From Burkholderiaceae bacterium (GTDB lineage Bacteria; Pseudomonadota; Gammaproteobacteria; Burkholderiales; Burkholderiaceae_C): a DNA stretch of 64,000 nt. Made by a program: the position numbers and the translations under genes. The notes under the pieces were generated by a model. It worked only from the letters and a program-made list of their open reading frames with translations. It searched no databases and was not told the origin of the DNA. Positions 1 to 9,976 of the stretch are shown in pieces. Positions within the stretch are counted from its first letter, which is position 1. Each line of letters starts with the position of its first letter. The stretch covers positions 2,207 through 66,206 of the forward strand of contig JAYPEA010000005.1 in the NCBI GenBank assembly GCA_038125525.1, given 5' to 3'.

Positions 1-1
1 C

Positions 2-958
2 CCTGGCTTGGGCGGTGTGCTGGTACTGGGCGACCGCGGCACCGGCAAAAGCACGGCGGTGCGCGGCTTGGCTGCCTTGCTGCCCACGCAGGCCGTGGTG
101 CCGGGTTGCCGCTACGGCTGCAGCCCGCTTAGCCCACCGCAGGCCTGCCCCGACTGCCGCACGCTGCGCGCTGCGGGCACAAAGGCCAAACGGCCGGTGC
201 AGGCCCCCGTGCCGGTGGTGGATTTGCCGCTGGGCGCCACCGAAGACCGCATTGTGGGGGCGTTGGACTTGGAGCGCGCGTTGGGCAGCGGTGTGAAGGC
301 CTTTGAGCCCGGCCTGCTGGCCCGCGCCAACCGCGGGTTTTTGTACATCGACGAGGTGAACCTGCTGGAAGACCACCTGGTGGACTTGTTGATTGACGTG
401 GCCGCCTCGGGCGAGAACGTGGTGGAGCGCGAGGGCTTAAGCGTACGCCACCCGGCCAAGTTTGTGCTGGTAGGCAGCGGCAACCCCGAAGAGGGCGAGC
501 TGCGCCCGCAGCTGCTGGACCGCTTTGGCCTGGCCGTGGAAGTGCGCACCCCCACCGACTTGCCGACCCGGGTGGAGGTGGTGAAGCGCCGCGACGCGTT
601 TGAGCAAGACCCCGAGGGGTTTTGCACGGCCTGGCAAGACGCCACCCAACAACTGCGCCAGCAACTGCAAAAAGCGCAAAAACGATTGGCCAAGGTGGTG
701 GTGCCCGACGCCGCGCTGGAGCGGGCCGCGGCGCTTTGCACCGTGCTGGGCACCGATGGCCTGCGCGGTGACCTGACCCTGGTGCGTGCCGCACGCGCCT
801 TGGCCGCGTGGCAAGGCAGCAAAACGGTACGCGACAGCCACTTGCGCGACGTGGCCGCGCCTGCCTTACGCCACCGCCTGCGCCGCAACCCGCTGGACGA
901 CACCGGCAGCGGCACGCGGGTGGCGCGCGCCGTGGCCGAGTGCTGGGGTGAAGCCTAA
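2..958 (+). CDS. bchI: Magnesium chelatase ATPase subunit I (5'-truncated by window edge)
   Basis: Walker A GDRGTGKST, FEPGLLARANRGFLYIDEVNLL, GSGNPEEGELRPQLLDRFG; the frame is open to the window start. Confidence 0.96.
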   Translation, partial: PGLGGVLVLGDRGTGKSTAVRGLAALLPTQAVVPGCRYGCSPLSPPQACPDCRTLRAAGTKAKRPVQAPVPVVDLPLGATEDRIVGALDLERALGSGVKAFEPGLLARANRGFLYIDEVNLLEDHLVDLLIDVAASGENVVEREGLSVRHPAKFVLVGSGNPEEGELRPQLLDRFGLAVEVRTPTDLPTRVEVVKRRDAFEQDPEGFCTAWQDATQQLRQQLQKAQKRLAKVVVPDAALERAAALCTVLGTDGLRGDLTLVRAARALAAWQGSKTVRDSHLRDVAAPALRHRLRRNPLDDTGSGTRVARAVAECWGEA

Positions 959-2684
959 CTTGACCAACGCCGACGCGCCGCCACTGACCGGGGCGCTTAA
1001 CCCCGCGGCGCACGCCGCGGCCATGCTGCTGGCAGTAGACCCGCTGGCCTTGGGTGGGGCCGTGTTGCACGCGCCCGCCTCGCCCGTGCGCGACGCCTGG
1101 CTGGCACAGCTGCGCGCGCACCTGCCACCAGAGACGGTGTGGCGGCGCGTGCCGCACCACGCCGACCGCGACGCCCTGCTGGGTGGCCTGGACGTGGCCG
1201 CCACCCTACAAAGCGGGCGCCGGGTGCAACACGTTGGTGTGCTGCAAGCCACCACCGCCCAACTGCTGCTGTGCCCCATGGCCGAGCGCATGCCCCGCGA
1301 CCGCGCGGCGTGGCTAGCCACCGCCCTGGACGACCACGCGCCCACCGCGCTGCTGCTGCTGGACGAACACCACGACGACGAACCCGAACAACAAGTGGTC
1401 CACGCGCTGCGCGACCGGTTGGCGCTGCACGTGACGCTGCACGGCATGGCGCAAGAGGCCCCGGCATGGACCGCAATCGACGTGCAACGCGCGCGCCGCA
1501 CGTGGACCAAGGTGCACGTGGAGGACGCCGTGCGCCACGACGCCTGCGCCTTGGCCACGGCGCTGGGCGTGCCCAGCCTGCGCGCCCCCTTGCAGCTGCT
1601 GCGCGTGGCGCGCATGGTGGCCGCGCTGCAAGGGCAGCCCGCGGTTGACCAAGCCGCGCTGACGCTGGCCATGGTGTGGGTGCTGGCGCCGCGTGCCACG
1701 CAACTGCCCGAGGCACCCGCCGAGCCCGAGGCGCAACAGGCCCCACCACCCCCCAGCCAACCCACCGATCCTGCTAACAACAACGACCTCACCCAAACGG
1801 GCCCAACCGAGGCGCTGCCACCACAGGTGTTGGCCGCGGCGCAGGCGGCGATTCCGCCGGGGCTGCTGGCCATGCTGCAACAAGGCATGCTGCGCGGCGT
1901 GGCCGCAGGCAGCGCACGGCAGCAACCAACCAGCGGCGCCAGCGGGCGTGGCCGGCCTGTGGGTGCACGCCGTGGCACACCCCACGCCAAGGCTCGGCTG
2001 CACGTGCTCGAGACCTTACGCGCTGCGGCGCCGTGGCAAACCCTGAGACGACGAGAAGCGGGTGACGCCGCGCGCGGCCTGCACGTGGTGCGTGACGACC
2101 TGCGCGTGTGGCGCCACAAGCCGCGCGGCCAAACCACCACGGTGTTTGTGGTGGATGCCTCGGGCTCGGCCGCGCTGCACCGCTTGGCCGAGGCCAAGGG
2201 CGCGGTGGAACTGCTGCTGGCCGAGTGCTACGTGCGCCGCGACCGCGTGGCGCTGCTGGCCTTTGGCGGCGCCAGCGCACAAACCTTGCTGCCCCCAACC
2301 CGCGCGCTGGCGCGCGCCAAACGCAGCTTGGCCGCCCTACCCGGTGGCGGCGGCACGCCCTTGGCCAGCGCCATTGAGCACGCGCAAGCCGTGGCGACCG
2401 CCATACGGCGCGAGCAACAACGCCCAGTGGTGGTGATGCTGACCGATGGCCGTGCCAATGTGGCCCGCGACGGCAGCCCTGGGCGCGAACAAGCCAGCGC
2501 CGACGCCCTGGCCGCCGCACGCGCCTTTGCCACGGACGGTGTGTCCGTGCTGTGGCTGGACACCGCCGTACGCCCCCAAGCCGACGCCGTCCAACTGGCC
2601 GCAGCCATGGGCGCGCGCTACCTGCCCATGCCGCACGCCACCGCCGAGCGCATGGCGCAAGCCGTGCAACACGCCAGCGGCTAA
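948..2684 (+). CDS. bchD: Magnesium chelatase subunit D
   Basis: Degenerate AAA-like N-terminus, Pro/Gln-rich linker, C-terminal vWA domain with MIDAS DASGS; follows bchI. The start (GTG 948 or TTG 960) is an estimate. Confidence 0.92.
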   Translation: MKPNLTNADAPPLTGALNPAAHAAAMLLAVDPLALGGAVLHAPASPVRDAWLAQLRAHLPPETVWRRVPHHADRDALLGGLDVAATLQSGRRVQHVGVLQATTAQLLLCPMAERMPRDRAAWLATALDDHAPTALLLLDEHHDDEPEQQVVHALRDRLALHVTLHGMAQEAPAWTAIDVQRARRTWTKVHVEDAVRHDACALATALGVPSLRAPLQLLRVARMVAALQGQPAVDQAALTLAMVWVLAPRATQLPEAPAEPEAQQAPPPPSQPTDPANNNDLTQTGPTEALPPQVLAAAQAAIPPGLLAMLQQGMLRGVAAGSARQQPTSGASGRGRPVGARRGTPHAKARLHVLETLRAAAPWQTLRRREAGDAARGLHVVRDDLRVWRHKPRGQTTTVFVVDASGSAALHRLAEAKGAVELLLAECYVRRDRVALLAFGGASAQTLLPPTRALARAKRSLAALPGGGGTPLASAIEHAQAVATAIRREQQRPVVVMLTDGRANVARDGSPGREQASADALAAARAFATDGVSVLWLDTAVRPQADAVQLAAAMGARYLPMPHATAERMAQAVQHASG

Positions 2685-2690
2685 TTGGCC

Positions 2691-3650
2691 ATGCAAGAGG
2701 CCGCTGCCCCGCCCCACTGGCGCACCGAGGGCCCCACCTGGCCACACCACGCGCGCAGCCGCTTTGTGGCTGCAGGCGGCATGGCTTGGCACGTGCAGCA
2801 CTGGCCCGAGCCCAATCGGCCCACGCCCAACCCACCCACACCAACGCGCGTGTTGCTGCTGCACGGCACCGGCGGCAGTACCCATTGCTGGCGTGGCGTG
2901 GCGCCGTGGTTGGCGCAACACGCCGAGGTGCTGGCGCTGGACTTACCCGGTCACGGCTTTAGCGCGGCACCGGCTAACCCACAAGGCATGAGCCTGCACG
3001 GCATGGCGCAGGGTGTGGCCGCGCTGCTGGCGGATTGGCCTTACACGCCCGACATGGTGGTGGGCCACTCGGCCGGCTGCGCCGTGGCGGTGCGCATGGC
3101 GCTAAACGGGCAACTGCCCAACACCCGGCTGCTGGTGGGCATTGGCGCGGCGCTGCTGCCCTGGCAAGGGTTGCCAGGCAAATGGTTTGGCCCATTGGCG
3201 CGCGGCCTGGCCAGCCTGGGGCCGGTGCCCAAATGGTTTGCGGGTTGGGCCAACAAGCCCGCCGTGCTGCAAAGCCTGGTGGACAGCACCGGCTCAACCT
3301 TGAGCGACGAATCGTTGGCCTTGTGGCAGCGGCTGGTGGCAAGGCCCGAGCACGCGCAAGCCACGCTGCGCATGATGGCCGAGTGGGACTTGCCCGCCCT
3401 GCAACACGACCTGCCCCACCTGGCCACGCCGCTGTGTTTGCTGCACGGCAGCCGCGACACCACCGTGCGCCCGAGTCAGTCGCACCGCGCCGCACAACAC
3501 GTAACACCCGCCGTGCGCGCGGGCGTACACGAGTGGCCCACGCTGGGGCACTTGGCACCCGAAGAGGCGCCCGAGCAAGTGGCGCAAAGCCTATGGGAGG
3601 TGTGGCAGGGGCGGCAGGGGTGGCAGCACGCCAACGCCCGCGGCGCTTAG
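2691..3650 (+). CDS. bchO: Alpha/beta hydrolase BchO (Mg-chelatase accessory)
   Basis: LLLHGTGGSTH, DLPGHGFS, GHSAG nucleophile elbow; bchI-D-O synteny. Confidence 0.88.
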   Translation: MQEAAAPPHWRTEGPTWPHHARSRFVAAGGMAWHVQHWPEPNRPTPNPPTPTRVLLLHGTGGSTHCWRGVAPWLAQHAEVLALDLPGHGFSAAPANPQGMSLHGMAQGVAALLADWPYTPDMVVGHSAGCAVAVRMALNGQLPNTRLLVGIGAALLPWQGLPGKWFGPLARGLASLGPVPKWFAGWANKPAVLQSLVDSTGSTLSDESLALWQRLVARPEHAQATLRMMAEWDLPALQHDLPHLATPLCLLHGSRDTTVRPSQSHRAAQHVTPAVRAGVHEWPTLGHLAPEEAPEQVAQSLWEVWQGRQGWQHANARGA

Positions 3651-4258
3651 CGCGGCAGCTGGGCCAGACGTTGCTGCACGGTTTGCGCCAGCGGCGCATC
3701 GGCCGGTAGCTGCTGCAGCGCGCGCTGCCAGTGGGCTCGGGCCTGCTGGGTTTGCTGCTGCTCAAGCGCGGCCATCCCCGCCAACACCAAAGCCTGCGCG
3801 TGATCGGGGCTGAGTTGCAGCGCGCGCTCAAGCCACCGCGCGGGTTCGCCCGCGAGCGAGCCGCCGCGCGCCATGGCGGTTACGTCGGCACGCATTACCC
3901 ACCAGTCGGCTTGGCTGGCATCGATGGCCACGGCCTTGGCCAAGGCTTCGGCGGCGTCGGCCCAGCGCTGCATGGCGGCGTACGATTTGGCCAGCATATG
4001 CCAGCCTTGGGCGTTGGTTTGACCGTCTGGGCCTTGCAGCTTGGCCTCTAGGCGTTGCACCATGGCTTGCACCAACGGGGTTTGGGTTACGTCGTTGGGT
4101 GGCGCAGCCTCGGCCGCTGCTGGCGCCGGTTGAGCGGGCGTGGCAACAGGCGGGCCGCCGGCCAGCAACCACGCCGGCTGCCCAAGCACGGCGTAAACGG
4201 CAACGGCCAGCGCGGCCACGCCCAGCCACACCGTCCAGCGTAAACCGCGCTCAGTCAT
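3647..4258 (-). CDS. ccmI: TPR-containing cytochrome c maturation chaperone, CcmI/CycH-like (short form)
   Basis: One N-terminal TM segment, then TPR-like repeats (GWHMLAKSY..., ERALQLSPDHAQALVLAG); ATGA-coupled to ccmH. Confidence 0.7.
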   Translation of the reverse strand: MTERGLRWTVWLGVAALAVAVYAVLGQPAWLLAGGPPVATPAQPAPAAAEAAPPNDVTQTPLVQAMVQRLEAKLQGPDGQTNAQGWHMLAKSYAAMQRWADAAEALAKAVAIDASQADWWVMRADVTAMARGGSLAGEPARWLERALQLSPDHAQALVLAGMAALEQQQTQQARAHWQRALQQLPADAPLAQTVQQRLAQLPR

Positions 4259-4662
4259 GACTTACCCGGCTGCGGCTTGGCCCGCGTGACGCGCCACCAG
4301 CCCAGCGCCGCGATCAGCAACAGCGCGGCTGGCAAAAACCACAGCGGCCACGTGCTGGGCTTGAGCGGCGGGCGGTAGCGCACGAAGTCGCCGTAGCGTT
4401 GCGTCATGTACTCAAGCACCTGCGCCTCGCTTTGGCCTTGGGCCAGCATGCGCCTAACCTGGTTGCGCAAGTCCACGGCCAACGGCGCTTGCGAGGCGGC
4501 AATGGTGTCGTTTTGGCACACCAGGCAACGCAGCTCGCTGGCCACGCGTTGCACCTGGTCCTCTAGCGTGGGGTTGGCACGCGCCAAATCGGCGTACCCC
4601 ATGGCCAAGCTCAACACCACGGCCCGTACGCCCAACCCGCGCATAAGACGCGGCCTAGCCAT
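4255..4662 (-). CDS. ccmH: Cytochrome c-type biogenesis protein CcmH
   Basis: LRCLVCQN motif, YGDFVRYRPP, C-terminal TM helix; start ATG 4662 overlaps the ccmG stop by 8 bp. Confidence 0.92.
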   Translation of the reverse strand: MARPRLMRGLGVRAVVLSLAMGYADLARANPTLEDQVQRVASELRCLVCQNDTIAASQAPLAVDLRNQVRRMLAQGQSEAQVLEYMTQRYGDFVRYRPPLKPSTWPLWFLPAALLLIAALGWWRVTRAKPQPGKS

Positions 4663-5197
4663 GGCGTTGCGCCAACAAGGGCAACAGCGTGGATTGCACC
4701 CATTGCGGCGTGACCACACCGGTGTGTTTGTGCCGCACGCGGCCTTGCGGGTCAATCACGTAGGTCTCGGGCACGCCGTACACGCCTAAGTCTATGCCCA
4801 CGCGGCCGTCCACGTCGTGCCATACGGTGTGGTACGGGTTGCCGCGCTGCGCCAGCCATTGTTGCGCGGCGGGGCTGGCGTCTTTGTAGTTCAGCCCCAC
4901 CAACGTAACGCGCTGGCTTTGCGCCAACTGCAGCAACACCGGATGCTCAACCGCGCACGGCGTGCACCACGAGGCCCACACGTTAAGCACCCACCACTGG
5001 CCGCGCCAGGCCTGTGAGCTAACCGCCGCGGCGGGCTTACCCAACGCAGGCAGCGCAAACGCCGGCAAGGGTTGGCCGATGAGTGGCGAGGGCACCTCGC
5101 GCGGGTTCAGCCTAAGCCCCACGCCCAAGGCCACGCACAGCAAGGCAAAGCCCGCCAGCGCCAGCCAAGGCCCCAGGCGGCGCGGTGCCCGTGTCAT
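4655..5197 (-). CDS. ccmG: Thiol:disulfide interchange protein CcmG/DsbE
   Basis: N-terminal TM anchor, LNVWASWCTPC thioredoxin motif, GVYGVPETY. Confidence 0.95.
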   Translation of the reverse strand: MTRAPRRLGPWLALAGFALLCVALGVGLRLNPREVPSPLIGQPLPAFALPALGKPAAAVSSQAWRGQWWVLNVWASWCTPCAVEHPVLLQLAQSQRVTLVGLNYKDASPAAQQWLAQRGNPYHTVWHDVDGRVGIDLGVYGVPETYVIDPQGRVRHKHTGVVTPQWVQSTLLPLLAQRHG

Positions 5198-7134
5198 GCG
5201 GCCTGCGCCGGCGGCAGCGCCGCGCGCCGGTCAAACGCCGCCATGAGGCCGCCCAAGGCCATCATCAAGCAGCCCAGCCATATCCAGTTCACCAGCGGCT
5301 TGTGGTGCACGCGAAAGGCAAAGGCGTCGTTGCCCAGCGATTCGCCCAGGGCCACGTAAACGTCGCGCCACAGGCTGCGGTCAATCGCCACCTCGGTCAT
5401 GGTTTGGCCGTTGGCCAGGTACAAGCGTCGCTCGGGCTCAAGCGTGGTGACCGTTTGGCCGTGTTGCTGCATGGGCAGACGGGCGCGTACCGCAAAGTAG
5501 TTGGGCCCGGGCGCCATGGTGACGCCGTCAAAGCGCAACTCAACGTTGCCCACGGCAATCGCCTGGCCCGGGCGCAGCCGCACGTCTTGCTCGTGCCCCC
5601 AGGTGGAGACCGCCGCCACGCCAAGGGCGAACACCGCAACACCCAAGTGCGCCAACCACATGCCGCCTTTGGCGCCGCGCAGCGCCCGCCAGCGCGCCGA
5701 GGCGGGCAAACGCTGGCGCCACCACTGCACCATGTGCTGCGCCACGCCAAACGTGAGCCACGCGGCCAAGGCCAACCCGCCCCACGTGGCCCACGACGCG
5801 CCCGGCACCCACCACACCACCGCCGTGGCCGCGCCCACGGCCAACCCGGCCACCAGCATCCACGCGCGCCAAGGCGCCCTGCCAGCGGCGCGGCGCCAAG
5901 CCAGCACCGGGCCGGGCACCATCAGCAACATCACCAGCAGCATCAAGGGCACAAACACGGCTTCAAAGTACGGCGGCCCCACCGACAACTTACCGAGCCC
6001 CATGGCATCAAGCAGCATGGGGTATAGCGTGCCCAGCAGCACACTGGCCGCGGCCACCATGAGCAGCAAGGTTTGGCCAAACAACAAACCCTCGCGCGAC
6101 CAGCCTTGAAAGCTTGCCCCCACGCCCACCGTGGGCGCACGCCAAGCGTAAAGCGCTAGCGCACCGCCCACCACCAGCGCCAAAAAAACCAAAATAAACA
6201 AACCGCGCCCGGGGTCTGAGGCGAACGCGTGCACCGAGCTGAGCACACCCGAGCGCACGATGAACGTGCCAAGCAACGCCAGCGCAAAGCCCAGCAGCGC
6301 CAGCAGCGCCGTCCATAGCCTGAAGCTGCCGCGCGCATCGGCCATGGCCGCGCTGTGCAACAACGCCGTGGCCACCAACCAGGGCATGAACGAGGCGTTT
6401 TCTACCGGGTCCCAAAACCACCAACCACCCCAGCCCAGTTCGTAGTACGCCCAAAAACTGCCCAAGGCAATGCCCACGGTTAAAAACGCCCAAGCCACCA
6501 GCGTCCACGGGCGTATGGCGCGCGCCCAGGCCGAGCCCAACTCGCCTTGCAGCAGCCCGGCCACGGTATAGGCAAAGGCCACCACCAAACCCACGTAACC
6601 CATGTACAGCAGCGGCGGATGCCACACCATGCCGGGGTCTTGCAGCAAGGGATTCATGCCTTGCCCGTCGGCCGGCACCGGCCAGGCGCGCAAAAACGGA
6701 TTGGACGTGAACAGCAAAAACGCCAAAAAGCCCACGCCAATAAGCCCCATTACGCCCAGCACGCGGGCGCGCTGCACGGCGCAAGCGCTGCGCGTGCGCC
6801 ATGCCACGGCCAACGTCCAACCAGCCAGCACCCACACCCACAGCAGCATGGAGCCCTCGTGGTTGCCCCACACCGCGGTGTAGCGGTACACCAGGGGCAG
6901 CGCCGAGTGGGCGTAACCGGCCACCAGCGCAACCGAGAAGTCGGTGTGCACAAACGCCCAGGTGAGCGCGCCAAACGCCAGCGTGACCGTGGCCGCTTGC
7001 ACTGCCACCAGACGCGGGGCAAAGCGCATCCACGCCGCATCGCCGCGCGCCGCACCACCCAAGCCAAGCACGGCCAGCGCCACGCTGGCAGCCAGTGCCA
7101 CGCTGAGGGCCAGATGGCCAAGCTCAACAATCAC
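5194..7134 (-). CDS. ccmF: Heme lyase CcmF
   Basis: MIVELGH start, [34 protein letters not shown] motifs; 646 aa polytopic membrane protein. Confidence 0.97.
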   Translation of the reverse strand: MIVELGHLALSVALAASVALAVLGLGGAARGDAAWMRFAPRLVAVQAATVTLAFGALTWAFVHTDFSVALVAGYAHSALPLVYRYTAVWGNHEGSMLLWVWVLAGWTLAVAWRTRSACAVQRARVLGVMGLIGVGFLAFLLFTSNPFLRAWPVPADGQGMNPLLQDPGMVWHPPLLYMGYVGLVVAFAYTVAGLLQGELGSAWARAIRPWTLVAWAFLTVGIALGSFWAYYELGWGGWWFWDPVENASFMPWLVATALLHSAAMADARGSFRLWTALLALLGFALALLGTFIVRSGVLSSVHAFASDPGRGLFILVFLALVVGGALALYAWRAPTVGVGASFQGWSREGLLFGQTLLLMVAAASVLLGTLYPMLLDAMGLGKLSVGPPYFEAVFVPLMLLVMLLMVPGPVLAWRRAAGRAPWRAWMLVAGLAVGAATAVVWWVPGASWATWGGLALAAWLTFGVAQHMVQWWRQRLPASARWRALRGAKGGMWLAHLGVAVFALGVAAVSTWGHEQDVRLRPGQAIAVGNVELRFDGVTMAPGPNYFAVRARLPMQQHGQTVTTLEPERRLYLANGQTMTEVAIDRSLWRDVYVALGESLGNDAFAFRVHHKPLVNWIWLGCLMMALGGLMAAFDRRAALPPAQAA

Positions 7135-7592
7135 GGCTGCGACGCCACCTGCGTGCGCGTGGCTGCACCCGCGGCTTGCAGCGCCGCAGCGGCTTCGGGC
7201 GGCATGTAGTTTTCGTCGTGCTTGGCCAGCACTTGCTGCGCCACAAACCAGCCATCGGCAGCCAACGTGCCTTGCGCCACCACGCCTTTGCCCTCGCGAA
7301 ACAAGTCGGGCAACATACCGGCGTAACGCACCGGCACGTGGTGCGCGCCGTCGGTAACCACAAAACTCACCTGTAAGCCCGAGCCCGAGCCCGCACGCTG
7401 CACGCTGCCTTGCTGCACCAACCCGCCAACACGAAAGGCGCGTGTGGTGGGCGCTTGCTGCGCGGCCACTTGCGTGGGGCTATAAAAAAACACCAAGTTG
7501 CTCTCAAAGGCGCGCAACACCAAGGTGGCTGCCCCGCCCAGTGCCAACAACGCCGCGCCCAACCACAGCATGCGCCAACGCTTGGCCGTCAT
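7131..7592 (-). CDS. ccmE: Heme chaperone CcmE
   Basis: NLVFFYSP, Y[15 protein letters not shown], heme-binding LAKHDENY (HxxxY); ATG 7592 overlaps the ccmD stop. Confidence 0.96.
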   Translation of the reverse strand: MTAKRWRMLWLGAALLALGGAATLVLRAFESNLVFFYSPTQVAAQQAPTTRAFRVGGLVQQGSVQRAGSGSGLQVSFVVTDGAHHVPVRYAGMLPDLFREGKGVVAQGTLAADGWFVAQQVLAKHDENYMPPEAAAALQAAGAATRTQVASQP

Positions 7593-7765
7593 GACGACTC
7601 CAGCCCGATGTCCCAGGCTTGGTCTTGCGCCGGGCGCTGCAGCGCGCGCCGCTGCCACGCCAGCACCATCCATTCGGCCAGCAGCACCAGCAGCGTCACG
7701 CCCACGGCGCCCCACACGTACCAACCCCGCCCGCCCATGCTGAACCACACTTCCAGCGTGCTCAT
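7589..7765 (-). CDS. ccmD: Heme exporter protein CcmD
   Basis: 58 aa, [13 protein letters not shown] plus TM helix plus basic tail; ATGA-coupled on both sides, between ccmC and ccmE. Confidence 0.85.
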   Translation of the reverse strand: MSTLEVWFSMGGRGWYVWGAVGVTLLVLLAEWMVLAWQRRALQRPAQDQAWDIGLESS

Positions 7766-8514
7766 GCTTGACTCTCCTGTTCGTTCAGCGCGCGCTGCGC
7801 CCATGTGGTGTGCCGCTCGCGGCGCAACAAAATCAATCGCAACCTCGCCAACACCGCCGCCAGCGTGTAACACCACGCCGCAGCCACCATGATGAGCATG
7901 GCGTGCAACATGGGCTCGGCCATGCGTGAACCGCTGGGCCCAATCGAGGCGCCCTGGTGCAAGGTGTTCCACCACACCACCGAAAAGTAAATCACCGGCA
8001 CATTGATGGCACCCACAATGGCCAACAAACTCGCCGCGCGGTCGGCGCGGTGCGCGTCTTCGATGCTGGCGTGCAGCGCCATGTAGCCCAGGTACAAAAA
8101 CAACAGCAACAACTCAGAGGTTAGGCGCGCGTCCCACACCCACCAGGTGCCCCAGGTGGGTTGGCCCCACAGCGCGCCGGTCCATAGCGCCACAAAGGTC
8201 ATGAGCGCGCCAGTGGGCGCCAAGGCCTGCGCCATCATGTGCGACAGGCGCGACTGCCAAATCAAACCCGCCGCTGCCCAGCCCGCCATGGCCAGGTAAA
8301 TCACCATGGACATCCACGCCGCGGGCACGTGCACAAACACAATGCGGTACACCTCGCCTTGTTGCGCGTCGGTTGGCGCTTGCCACAAGCCCAGGTAAAA
8401 GCCCCAGGCACCCAGCACCACGGCAGCGCCCAGCAACCACGGCTGCAAGGTTTGCGCCAAGCGGTAGCAGCGCGACGGCGCAGCAAAATAAAACCAGTTG
8501 ATACGGGTGCCCAT
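7762..8514 (-). CDS. ccmC: Heme ABC transporter permease CcmC
   Basis: HVPAAW, WWD domain [24 protein letters not shown]. Confidence 0.96.
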   Translation of the reverse strand: MGTRINWFYFAAPSRCYRLAQTLQPWLLGAAVVLGAWGFYLGLWQAPTDAQQGEVYRIVFVHVPAAWMSMVIYLAMAGWAAAGLIWQSRLSHMMAQALAPTGALMTFVALWTGALWGQPTWGTWWVWDARLTSELLLLFLYLGYMALHASIEDAHRADRAASLLAIVGAINVPVIYFSVVWWNTLHQGASIGPSGSRMAEPMLHAMLIMVAAAWCYTLAAVLARLRLILLRRERHTTWAQRALNEQESQA

Positions 8515-8516
8515 GC

Positions 8517-9233
8517 CTAGCCCTCCACCGCCATGCGTACCGCGCTGGCCACCGCCCACGGCAAGCCCACCACAGCCAACAACGCCATGGCCGCCAGCAG
8601 CGACAAGTGCGCCGCCACCACCTCGGGTGGCTGCCCCACGGCGCCCGCACCCAGCACCAACAAAGGCACCGTAAGCGGCAGCACCAACAAGGCCAACAAC
8701 ACCGCGCCACTGCGTACGCCCAGCACCAGCGCGGCGGCCACCGCGCCCAGCAAACACAACACCGGCAGCCCCAACAACAAGCCCGCCACCAACACCACCA
8801 GGGCCGAGGCCGAAAGCCCATACGGCACAGCCAACAACGGGCTGAGCGCCACCAGCGGCAGCAAAGCCAACGCGCCGTGCGTGGCCACCTTAACCAACAT
8901 CAACAACGCCAACGGGTGCGGCGACAACACCATTTGCTCCAAGGTGCCGTCTTGCCAATCGTCGTGAAACCAGCGCGGCAACGTGCCCAGCGTGGCCAAC
9001 ACGGCGGCCACCCAAATCACGCCCGGGCCCATGCGCTGCAGCAGCTGCGGCTCAGGCCCCACGGCCAGCGGAAACAACGCCGCCACCACCAAGAAAAAAC
9101 ACCACGCCGCGGCCAAATCGGCGCGTTGGCGCCACTGGCTGGCCACCGTGGCGCGCAACACCACGCCCAGGCTTACCCAGGCGCTGGCTAACTCGCGTGC
9201 GGGGGCCGCGCCCCAGGCCACCGACGCCGTCAT
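8517..9233 (-). CDS. ccmB: Heme exporter permease CcmB
   Basis: FPLAVGPEPQLL, DDWQDGTLEQ, LLVLPLTVPLLVLG; six-TM character; ATG overlaps the ccmA stop. Confidence 0.94.
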   Translation of the reverse strand: MTASVAWGAAPARELASAWVSLGVVLRATVASQWRQRADLAAAWCFFLVVAALFPLAVGPEPQLLQRMGPGVIWVAAVLATLGTLPRWFHDDWQDGTLEQMVLSPHPLALLMLVKVATHGALALLPLVALSPLLAVPYGLSASALVVLVAGLLLGLPVLCLLGAVAAALVLGVRSGAVLLALLVLPLTVPLLVLGAGAVGQPPEVVAAHLSLLAAMALLAVVGLPWAVASAVRMAVEG

Positions 9234-9847
9234 AGTGCCAACCGCCTCAGCCCGGCGTAGGCGTGGCCGGTTTGCCCATGCGCAGTAAACACCACGGCCC
9301 CACCACCGTGCACGTGGCGCTGCATGAGTTGTTGCAACCAACCGGTGGCGCGCTCGTCCAGCGCGACAAAGGGCTCGTCCAGCAGCCACAGCGCTGGCGC
9401 CCCGGGTAAGCCCAACCGGGCCAGCGCCGCCAAGCGGCGTTGCCCCTGCGACAAGCGTCCTACCGGCCGGCCGGCCACGGCGCTCAGGCCGCAGGCGTCC
9501 AAGGTGGCGTCCATGGCCTGCCGGTTAACCGCTTGCCCAGCCAGCGCGCAACCCAGGGTCAAATTGGCACGCGCATCAAGATTAGCTTTTTGTGCCGGCA
9601 CCGGCCCAATCCACGCCATGTGCTCGCGCATGGCGCGCCAGTTGTCACCCAACAACGGCTGGCCATGCCACAGCATGTGCCCCTGACCCAGCGGAAACAA
9701 ACCCGCCAAGGAGCGCAGCAACGTGGTTTTGCCCGCGCCGTTGGCCCCTTCAATCTGCCAGGTTTGCCCGCCCAGCACCTGCAAGCCCAGGCCACGCACC
9801 AACCAGCGGTGGCCGCGTTGCAGACCCACATCAATTAAAGCGAGCAT
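9230..9847 (-). CDS. ccmA: Heme ABC exporter ATP-binding protein CcmA
   Basis: Walker A GANGAGKTT, signature LSQGQRR, Walker B LWLLDEP; heads the ccm operon. Confidence 0.93.
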   Translation of the reverse strand: MLALIDVGLQRGHRWLVRGLGLQVLGGQTWQIEGANGAGKTTLLRSLAGLFPLGQGHMLWHGQPLLGDNWRAMREHMAWIGPVPAQKANLDARANLTLGCALAGQAVNRQAMDATLDACGLSAVAGRPVGRLSQGQRRLAALARLGLPGAPALWLLDEPFVALDERATGWLQQLMQRHVHGGGAVVFTAHGQTGHAYAGLRRLAL

Positions 9848-9862
9848 GGAATCACCGGTCAG

Positions 9863-9880
9863 TGTCAACTAATAGTGACA
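9863..9880. promoter_or_regulatory. PpsR/CrtJ box, 15 bp upstream of the ccmA start
   Basis: TGTCAACTAATAGTGACA, an exact TGT-N12-ACA palindrome. Confidence 0.8.
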
Positions 9881-9918
9881 CTTGTAGCACATTCATATAA
9901 ATGACACAAGCGAACGAC

Positions 9919-9951
9919 TTGACATTCTAAGGTGTCGTGTTAAATTGACAC
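9919..9951. promoter_or_regulatory. Putative overlapping divergent sigma70 promoters (crtE rightward, ccmA leftward)
   Basis: Plus strand: TTGACA(9919-24)-N16-TAAATT(9941-46). Minus strand: GTGTCA(9951-46)-N16-TAGAAT(9929-24). Motif match only. Confidence 0.45.
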
Positions 9952-9976
9952 TACGTGATGTCACACTCTTTTTACA
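9933..9976. promoter_or_regulatory. Tandem PpsR/CrtJ boxes 8 bp apart, upstream of crtE
   Basis: TGTCGTGTTAAATTGACA (9933-9950) and TGTCACACTCTTTTTACA (9959-9976), both exact TGT-N12-ACA with the classic 8-bp spacing. Confidence 0.88.

Noticed and set aside
1690-1830. Pro/Gln/Asn-rich low-complexity stretch
   Set aside because: This is the expected acidic/proline-rich linker of BchD, not a repeat element.
112-2844. Long antisense or alternate-frame ORFs over bchI/bchD (e.g. 866-2197, 129-1160), with similar ones throughout (20779-22083, 5185-6027, 58335-59402)
   Set aside because: These are shadow ORFs typical of high-GC coding DNA. They are Arg/Ala/Pro-rich, motif-free and fully overlap well-supported genes.
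3647-9847. ccm block as a recent mobile insertion
   Set aside because: There is no integrase or transposase, no direct or inverted terminal repeats were seen, the composition resembles the flanks, and it overlaps the bchO stop codon.
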